The translations under genes and the position numbers were made by a program. Of a DNA stretch of 64,000 nt, positions 52,944 through 64,000 are shown piece by piece. The stretch comes from Eledone cirrhosa (taxonomy: Eukaryota). The notes under the pieces are model-generated. The model ran no database searches. It saw nothing but the letters and a program-made list of their open reading frames with translations, and was not told where the DNA came from. The DNA is taken from contig OZ024742.1 of the NCBI GenBank assembly GCA_964016885.1, positions 161,510,001-161,574,000 on the forward strand, given 5' to 3'. The first letter of the stretch is position 1. Each line of letters opens with the position of its first letter.

Positions 52944-55893
52944 CTATGCATGGCACTAACCGAAACGCACCTGACAAGCAGTATAGCAGATGCAGAAATA
53001 CATATACCGAAATATACTGTATTTCGTTCGGACAGGAAGGAGAGAACTCATGGTGGGGTTGCTCTGTATATCCGTGAAGATGTCACACCAATTGTACTGT
53101 TGACACATTCAAACTCAGTCTGTGACACACTGATAATACATATGAAGCAACTACAGACAGTAATATGTGTCACATATCGGCCGCCCGATGCCCCCAGTCA
53201 TGAGGGTAAATTTGAGGATAGCCTAAGTAGGATAGAAGAGGTCCTTGACAAACTGGACCAGGGTCTCAACATCCTACTGCTGGGAGACTTCAACCTACCA
53301 AAGGTCAAATGGCCTGAGGGCCACCTCCTCCCTGGAATGACGTCAATAGAACAGAAACAGACGGAATCCCTGCTGGCCCTCACACACAGGCTGTTCATGG
53401 AGCAAGCAATACTCCTCCCAACAAGAGGCGAAAATGTCCTGGACCTCTGTTTTACAAACAACGAAGTGCTCATCCACAATGTAAAGGTGACACCAACAAT
53501 TCTCTCGGATCATAACTTAGTAGAGCTAATGATATATGGTCCAAGAGAACCAACAGAGACAAAACCACCAAGAAGCTCCGGGACGCTATCCAGCCTTAAC
53601 TTCTACAAGGCTAACTGGAAAAAGATTAAGAGTGAAATCCGGAAGCAAACATGGAGTGAAAACACTGCAACACAAGACACTAACACACAATTTCAACACT
53701 TCATGACAACGATACACACTATATGCAAAAAGTTTGTCCCGGAGAAAGAGGCAAACAGACACAAAAATCTTATTCCCAGAGATAGGAAAATCCTTATGAG
53801 ACGTAGAACTAAACTCTCAAACCAGTTGAATAGTCAACAAAACAAAAACAAGAAGGAATCCGATTTGAAACGTGCACTACTTGACACCGAGATTGCACTC
53901 AAACTTTCACATGAGAATGAGAGGGCAAAGAAAGAGAACAGGGCCATAGAAAACATTAAAACAAACCCTAAGGCCTTCTTTAAATTTGCAAAAGAAACTG
54001 CCTCAGTACACTGCAAGATTGGGCCACTCTTCCACACGGACTGTTCATTAACCGAAAACCCCCAAGAGATATGTGAAATACTGAACGAACAGTACAAAAG
54101 TGTGTTCACATGTCCACTGAGGCACATGCAAATAACGAATCCAGAGGAGTTCTTTGATGCCACAATACTACATCAAGAAATGGCAACCATCAACCACATA
54201 GACATAACGGAGGAGGATGTGGTGTACGCCATTGATGAAATTAGAACAGACTCGGCTGCTGGACCTGATGGATTCCCAGCAGTTCTCTTAAAAATATGTA
54301 AGCGGGCCTTAGCAACTCCACTGAAGATGCTCTTCAGAAGCTCCTTGGCTAGCGGTGTACTACCCAGGGAGCTGAAAGAAGGCACAATATGCCCTATCCA
54401 TAAAGGAGGTAGTAGAGCGGAGGCCAAGAACTATAGGCCAGTCTCCCTGACATCGCATATCAGTAAGGTCATGGAGCGAGTCGTCAGAAAGAAACTAATC
54501 ACTTTCCTCGAAGAAAATGACCGCCTGACTAGCACGCAACATGGCTTCCGCCCAGGAAGAAGCTGCCTTACACAGCTGCTACAATCACTACGACTGGGTA
54601 CTGAACAACTACTAGACAGCTCACATGTGGACGTGATATATCTTGACTTTGCGAAGGCCTTTGACAAGGTCGACCACGGAATGATATGTCACAAACTACA
54701 CGGACTCGGCATAACTGGAAAAGTAGCTGAGTGGCTGCATGGCTTCCTAAGGGACAGAAGCCAGGCAGTCGCAGCAAATGGGGCCCTCTCGAGGGAAACA
54801 CCGATAACAAATGGGGTGCCCCAGGGGACAGTCCTGGGACCACTACTGTTTTTGGTGGCTCTCTCGGTCATGCCCTCTGTGGTGCATGCAACAACATCCC
54901 TCACTAGCTATGCTGATGACACTAAGGTAGCACAGGCAATCAAAAACCCGGCTGACGCTGCCCTTTTACAGCAGGATCTGGATGCCCTATACAGATGGGC
55001 GGAAGAAAACAACATGCAATTTAATGCTGGCAAATTCCAAGCCCTACAATACAAACCTGCAAACACAAATATAGTGGAACACAGCTACACAGGACCAGGA
55101 GGGACCGATATCCCCGTGTCAAAATCGATACGAGACCTGGGCATAGACATGAGCGATGATGCATCTTTTTCTTCACACATCATAAAAGTGGCGACAATGT
55201 GCAGACGACTCGCTGGCTGGATCTTGAGGACTTTCCGGACAAGAGATCGAGACACCATGTTGACACTGTGGAGGACTTTTGTCCTAAGCCGCCTGGACTA
55301 CTGCTCCCAGTTGTGGTCACCCCATAGTGTCAAGCTAACCACGGAGCTTGAGGCAATCCGGCGAAGCTACACCAAGAAGATTGCCAAGATGAGGGAGACA
55401 AGCTACTGGGAGAGGCTAAAGGAACTGAACCTCTACTCCTTGGAGCAAAGACGGGAGAGATACGCAGTGATCTACATGTGGAAAATCCTGGAGGGACGAG
55501 CACCTAACTTTGGCATTGGGAGCTGGACCAACCGTCGAACAGGACGTCACTGTGTGGTGCCAAAGTCCCGTCTTCCACATCTAGAATAAGGACCAGGTAT
55601 TGCAATAGCCTGGGATTCAAGGGCCCTCAACTCTTCAACAGGCTGCCGAGGCATCTGAAAGACTTGCATGACGTGGAGGTGGATGTCTTTAAGAAACATC
55701 ACGACACCTTGTTATCCAGGATCCCGGATGAGCCCACAGCAAGACACGAGGGAAACCTAAGGGCAGCAGCAACAAACTCCCTCTTACACCAGTGGCCAAC
55801 CTATACTGGCTGGAGATAAAATGTGTAGCAACAAGGGCGGTGCCCCAGCATGGCCTCAGCCGGATGGCTGAAACAGGTAAAAGAGTAAAAGAG
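52944..55893 (+). mobile_element. CR1-group non-LTR retrotransposon (5' part lost in the gap) with intact 3' tail
   Basis: APE+RT ORF, a 3' stem-loop TCAGCC-GGAT-GGCTGA and a (GTAAAAGA)x2 tail followed by (TA)n. Confidence 0.9.
52950..55589 (+). CDS. AP endonuclease-reverse transcriptase (ORF2) of the CR1-group LINE; C-terminus continues after a frameshift near 55570
   Basis: Motifs: LTETHL, GGVALYI, YRPP, GDFN, LDL, SDH; NYRPVSL, QHGFRPGRS, YLDFAKAFDKV, GVPQGTVLGPLLF, YADD, LDYCSQLWSP, YWERLKELNLYSL. The shifted frame gives FKK..IPDEP..NSL. Confidence 0.9.
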   Translation: MALTETHLTSSIADAEIHIPKYTVFRSDRKERTHGGVALYIREDVTPIVLLTHSNSVCDTLIIHMKQLQTVICVTYRPPDAPSHEGKFEDSLSRIEEVLDKLDQGLNILLLGDFNLPKVKWPEGHLLPGMTSIEQKQTESLLALTHRLFMEQAILLPTRGENVLDLCFTNNEVLIHNVKVTPTILSDHNLVELMIYGPREPTETKPPRSSGTLSSLNFYKANWKKIKSEIRKQTWSENTATQDTNTQFQHFMTTIHTICKKFVPEKEANRHKNLIPRDRKILMRRRTKLSNQLNSQQNKNKKESDLKRALLDTEIALKLSHENERAKKENRAIENIKTNPKAFFKFAKETASVHCKIGPLFHTDCSLTENPQEICEILNEQYKSVFTCPLRHMQITNPEEFFDATILHQEMATINHIDITEEDVVYAIDEIRTDSAAGPDGFPAVLLKICKRALATPLKMLFRSSLASGVLPRELKEGTICPIHKGGSRAEAKNYRPVSLTSHISKVMERVVRKKLITFLEENDRLTSTQHGFRPGRSCLTQLLQSLRLGTEQLLDSSHVDVIYLDFAKAFDKVDHGMICHKLHGLGITGKVAEWLHGFLRDRSQAVAANGALSRETPITNGVPQGTVLGPLLFLVALSVMPSVVHATTSLTSYADDTKVAQAIKNPADAALLQQDLDALYRWAEENNMQFNAGKFQALQYKPANTNIVEHSYTGPGGTDIPVSKSIRDLGIDMSDDASFSSHIIKVATMCRRLAGWILRTFRTRDRDTMLTLWRTFVLSRLDYCSQLWSPHSVKLTTELEAIRRSYTKKIAKMRETSYWERLKELNLYSLEQRRERYAVIYMWKILEGRAPNFGIGSWTNRRTGRHCVVPKSRLPHLE

Positions 55894-55938
<45 letters not shown>

Positions 55939-56029
55939 GTATATGTATATATATATGTATATATGTATGTATATATATATGTATATATATATGTATATAT
56001 ATATGTATATATATATGTATATATATATA

Positions 56030-56253
56030 TAACTTTGAATAACTTTGAAATGTTTTGGCCAGTATTAGCCCAGGCCATGTCTAACTTAATAGCACCACCT
56101 GGCGAAGTCTTTCAATTCAGGATTTGGGCACCATGGCCCATTCGAGAAGAGAATTACTGTTTGCGGAGACATATCCGGGTGTGGGTGGTTTGTCCGGGAT
56201 TACTTGGAGGAATTTGTCCAAAGACTTCTTGAATTTTGTGTGGTCAGTTTCTG
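56030..56253 (-). mobile_element. Heavily 5'-truncated 3' end of a second CR1-group LINE family
   Basis: Minus frame [24 protein letters not shown] resembles the C-terminus of the upstream LINE. The tail is (TTCAAAGTTA)x2. Confidence 0.75.
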
Positions 56254-56311
56254 TATATATATATATATATGTATATGTGTATATATATGTATATATATGT
56301 ATATATATATG

Positions 56312-56379
<68 letters not shown>

Positions 56380-56413
56380 GATATATATGTATATATATAT
56401 ATATATGTATATT

Positions 56414-56444
<31 letters not shown>

Positions 56445-56487
56445 GTATATATATATGTATATATATATATATATGTATATATACATG

Positions 56488-56556
<69 letters not shown>

Positions 56557-56741
56557 GTATATATATGTATATATATGTATATATATATGTATATATATAT
56601 GTATATATATATGTATATATATATGTATATATATGTATATATATATGTATATATATATGTATATGTATATATATATGTATATATATGTATATATATATAT
56701 ATTTATATATATATATGTATATATATATGTATATATACATG

Positions 56742-56808
<67 letters not shown>

Positions 56809-56987
56809 GTATGTATATTTAATTTTGATAGTTTGTATAATTTTGTATAATTTTGTACATAGATCTGTTGAATATGCATGCCAATTCTAACACATATATA
56901 TCCTAGAAACGATCGTTAAATAATGAACTTTTTTTGTTTAATATAAGGAACTGTTTCATTGTTTTATTCATTATTTTTTTAATATTT

Positions 56988-57018
<31 letters not shown>

Positions 57019-57564
57019 GTATATATATATGTATATATATGTATATATATATATGTATATATATGTATATATATATATATATGTATATATATATGTATAT
57101 ATATGTATATATATATGTATATATATATGTATATGTATATATATATGTATATATATGTATATATATATTTATATATATATGTATATATATATGTATGTAT
57201 ATATACGTGTATATATATGTATATATATATGTATATATATATGTATATATATATGTATATATATGCATATATATATGTATATGTGTATATATATGTATAT
57301 ATATGTATATATATGTATATGTATATATATATCTATATATATGTATATATATATGTATATATATATATGTATATATATGTATATATATATGTACATATAT
57401 ATATGTATATATATGTGTATATATATATGTATATATATATATGTATATATATGTATATATATATATATATGTATATATATATGTATATATATATATATAT
57501 GTATATATAGATGTATATATATATGTATATATATATGTATATATATATGTATATATATATGTAT
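56254..57564. repeat. (TA)n/TG-interrupted microsatellite with a ~170-bp island at 56819-56988
   Basis: Direct reading. Confidence 0.95.
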
Positions 57565-57695
57565 ACTAGGGAGAGGATCAGGGGCGTATAACACTCCACT
57601 TATCCAGCAGGCAGTATAAGGTTAGCTCGATGTCTGAGGACAGCCGTGATATAATAAATAACAAAGAACGCCTATAGCATATGCATATCTTTACT

Positions 57696-57741
57696 TGCTA
57701 ACATTGTTTCATCCGCACTATAAGTGGGACTCATCAGAGCA
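57696..57741 (-). ncRNA. Minimal type I hammerhead ribozyme (left arm)
   Basis: Reverse complement of 59941-59986. Confidence 0.78.
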
Positions 57742-58295
57742 TAAAGGTTAATTACATACCATACAAGCAATAACAAATCCAAGACATTGAAGAATGAAAA
57801 ATAATAGAAGATAAAGTATATTAAGGAAGTAAAAGTAAAAATAAGAATAAAAATAAAAATAAAAATAAAAATAAAATAATAAAATAAACAATGAAAAATA
57901 AGGGGTGCTATCAGTCACAGTTGGGCGGGGTGCTGTCAACATATAGTTACATACAAGCATACCCATGGATAAGAGAACAGACAAGAGTAGATAAGATAGA
58001 TAGGATTAGGTAAGAGTAGGTAAAAAATAGGTGAAAAACAGACTTATAATATATATAAGAAAATATAAAGAAATATATAACAAACTTACATATAAAATAT
58101 AAAATATACAGATAATAGTGATACAGGGTAAGGAATGAAATAAAATAATATTAAATTAAAATTAAAATTATATAAAATAGAACATAATATAATGTAATCA
58201 TAAAATAAGATAAAATAAGGTAAACTAAAATAAAATAAAATAGACTAAAGTAAAATAATATAATATAAGATATAATTAAATGTAATTAAATATAA

Positions 58296-58335
<40 letters not shown>

Positions 58336-59940
58336 AATTAAATAAATAAATAAAATTAAAATTAAAATTAAATTTAAATAAATAAATAAATAAATAAATA
58401 AGTAAATAAATAAATAAATAAATAAATAAATGAAATTAAATAAGTAAATAAATAAAATTAGATAAAATGAAATGAAATAAAATAAAATAAAATGAAATAA
58501 AGTAAATTGAGATAAGATATATATTTTTTTAGAATATATCTCTTGAATATATCAGGGGCCCACTAAGGCACTAAGTGTCACAGTTATCTGTATCACTTGA
58601 CCATTTTTTTTTAATATATTTCTTAAAAATATCAGGGGCCCACGAAGGCACTAAGTGTCACAGTCAGTAGTATCACTTGACCATTGCAAGGCAATGGAGG
58701 CGTCCAAGGTTGGGCAGTCTCAAAAGTTCACTCGAAAGTCACGGGTGTGCATTCACACAGTTGAGCGGTGGGGTAATCACAAACCGGTTCACACCCGGGC
58801 AGGAGTCCAATGGTCAAACAGAGGTGCATCGAAGGAAGGTTGGAGAATTCACGTGCAGTAGCAAGCGAGGTGCAGGCGGGTTAGCCAAAGCAAGCAGACA
58901 CAGTTGGAGCGCATACAAAAGATATATAAAAAGGACAAAAGATATATAAAAAATAGCTTCAAGAGCCATGAAGTCACCGCATTGGGACATCACAAGATTG
59001 TACACATCAATATGTTCAGCACGTATATGCACATATACACACCACATGCATATGCAGAGACGGTATATATATATATATTTTTTTTTTTTTATATACAGAC
59101 ATATACAACCACCTACACCCATACACATATAAATGTATACACAGACACACACGCACACACACACAGCGTAGGACACCCGGGTCAAAGCTGATATTAAACA
59201 CCGAAATACCACATTAGGCAAGACCCACCACCACGGATAATACATTCAAAATAAATACATACGATGAGATGTAGTAAAATAAAGTTGAATTCCTACGGAG
59301 ATAATCATGTCCGCACGTGCCATTGCCCGATTCAAGTATATTATATTATTTTACTTTAGTCTATTTTATTTTATTTTAGTTTACCTTATTTTATCTTATT
59401 TTACATTATATTATGTTCTATTTTATATAATTTTAATTTTAATTTTATATTATTTTATTTCATTCCTTACCCTGTATCACTATTATCTGTATATTTTATA
59501 TTTTATATGTAAGTTTGTTATATATTTCTTTATATTTTCTTATATATATTATAAGTCTGTTTTTCACCTATTTTTTACCTACTCTTACCTAATCCTATCT
59601 ATCTTATCTACTCTTGTCTGTTCTCTTATCCATGTGTATGCTTGTATGTAACTATATGTTGACAGCACCCCGCCCAACTGTGACTGATAGCACCCCTTAT
59701 TTTTCATTGTTTATTTTATTATTTTATTTTTATTTTTATTTTTATTTTTATTTTTATTTTTATTTTTATTTTTATTTTTATTTTTATTTTTATTTTTATT
59801 TTTATTTTTATTTTTATTTTTATTTTTATTTTTATTTTTATTTTTATTTTTACTTCCTTAATATCCTTTATCTTCTATTATTTTTCATTCTTCAATGTCT
59901 TGGATTTGTTATTGCTTGTATGGTATGTAATTAACCTTTA

Positions 59941-59986
59941 TGCTCTGATGAGTCCCACTTATAGTGCGGATGAAACAATGTTAGCA
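59941..59986 (+). ncRNA. Minimal type I hammerhead ribozyme (right arm)
   Basis: UGCU-CUGAUGA-GUCCCACU(UAU)AGUGCGGAU-GAAA-CAAUG-UU-AGCA. Confidence 0.78.
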
Positions 59987-60064
59987 AGTAAAGATATGCA
60001 TATGCTATAGGCGTTCTTTGTTATTTATTATATATATATGTATATATATATGTATATATATATG

Positions 60065-60095
<31 letters not shown>

Positions 60096-60097
<2 letters not shown>

Positions 60098-61427
60098 GAA
60101 TATATGTTAGGCTTCTACATATATGTATATATATGAATATATGTTAGGCTTCTACATATATGTATATATATGAATATATGTTAGGCTTCTACATAAACTG
60201 GAAACATTCTCCCAATTTGTAGAAAACTTATAATAAAACAATTGTTTGGAAAGAGAGATATATTTTAACTTTAATTATATCTCATAAAATAATACAACTG
60301 GCTTTCCACAAAATACATATAGTTAGCACCCCAAACACATAAGTTGGGTTATACTAACATATAACCTAATGTTTGTTGAGGGAGATGGTTGCCAGTCGGA
60401 GTTTAGCGTTAAGCTGTCTCTGTTATTGTATTAAATATGTTACTCTTGATTTGGCCAGAGGTATTTATTTCCAGGTACCTTATAAGTATGACTTTCCATA
60501 TTTGTTACTGTTGTGAGATATGGAGGTTTTTTGGTTGTCACTTCTCTGTTTTTAGCCTAAGAAAATATATATATGCGTGTGTAAATAATTGCATGCATAC
60601 ATTTATTTTTTTTAATTAATTGAGTTCTTAACACGTGGAATTGATAATAGTTTTAAATAACTAATTAACCCGCGTGTATTAAATATTTTACTCTTAATTT
60701 GGCCAGAGATTTACATTCCCAATCGCCTTTAAAGCGTAACCTTCCGTATTTGCTGCGGTGATGTGATGTGGTTTATTATTTTGGTATCACCTCTGTTTTT
60801 AGCCTAAGAAAATATCTATATGCGTGTGTAATTAATACACGCATACATTTATTTTTTTTATTTCAATTGAGTTCTTAACATTTTGGATTGATAATGTTTT
60901 TGAAAAAACTAATTAACCCGAGTGTATATTATATTTTTCTTTTCTCGTGTATCGTGGTTGTCTCCCCTTCCCGCTTCGTGACGCTATGAAACTTCCTCAG
61001 TCAAAAAACTGCTGGAATTTCAAATTTGGCGGTCATTCGATGCGTGAGGGAGCAGCTCAGCAGACACGATTTTTAACTGCGGTAAGAATTTTTTCTTATA
61101 TCAAAGTTTAATGGGCTTCCACAGAAGATTTATAAGTACCCACCTAAATATATTCTTACATGAATATATGTTAGGCTTCTACATAAACTGGAAACATTCT
61201 CCCAATTTGTAGAAAACTTATAATGAAACAATTGTTTTGAAAGAGAGATATATTTTAACTTTAATTATATCTCATAAAATGATACAACTGGCTTTGCACA
61301 AAATACATATAGTTAGCACCCCAAACACACAAATTGGGTTATACTAACATATAACCTAATGTTTGTTGAGTGAGATGGTTGCCAGTCGGAGTTTAGCGTT
61401 AAGCTATCTCTGTTATTGTATTAAATA
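60096..61427. repeat. Nested direct repeats: 3x ~38 bp; ~268 bp at 60171-60438 and 61160-61427; diverged ~248-bp tandem pair at 60428-60930
   Basis: Direct comparison by eye. Confidence 0.8.

Positions 61428-64000
<2,573 letters not shown>

Larger units (their letters stand above)
57565..60033 (-). mobile_element. ~2.5-kb non-coding element with 0.6-0.7-kb inverted arms carrying hammerheads (non-autonomous or truncated PLE-like)
   Basis: 57649-58265 is the reverse complement of 59339-60033 (the right arm has an expanded (TTTTTA)n). The left arm extends ~85 bp further. There is no RT ORF in the spacer, and the flanks are (TA)n. Confidence 0.8.

Noticed and set aside
60171-61427. LTR retrotransposon / TRIM
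   Set aside because: The direct repeats lack clear TG..CA ends, a primer-binding site or a polypurine tract.

Overview
Eukaryotic, very AT-rich, repeat-only window with no recognisable host gene. The repeat signatures recall an octopod cephalopod, but that is from memory and unverified. From about 2.2 to 33.85 kb there is a head-to-tail array of 51 copies of a ~620-bp non-coding monomer with higher-order repeat structure. The main observation is that every monomer carries, on the minus strand, a type I hammerhead-ribozyme-like motif: GCUCUG-CUGAUGA-stem II-GAAA-UAGUC(UUAA/UGAA)GACUA-UA-CAGAGC. This makes it a candidate unusually long satellite or non-LTR retrozyme array. The rest of the window is a nest of retroelements in (TA)n microsatellites. 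It holds two Penelope-like elements (one with an uninterrupted RT+GIY-YIG frame, one degenerate), several non-coding inverted-repeat derivatives, an RTE-type LINE, two CR1-type LINE pieces, a tRNA-derived SINE and a 200-N gap. Ten further hammerheads from five sequence families, plus degenerate ones, lie outside the array. All structures were read by eye and no ribozyme activity is demonstrated.
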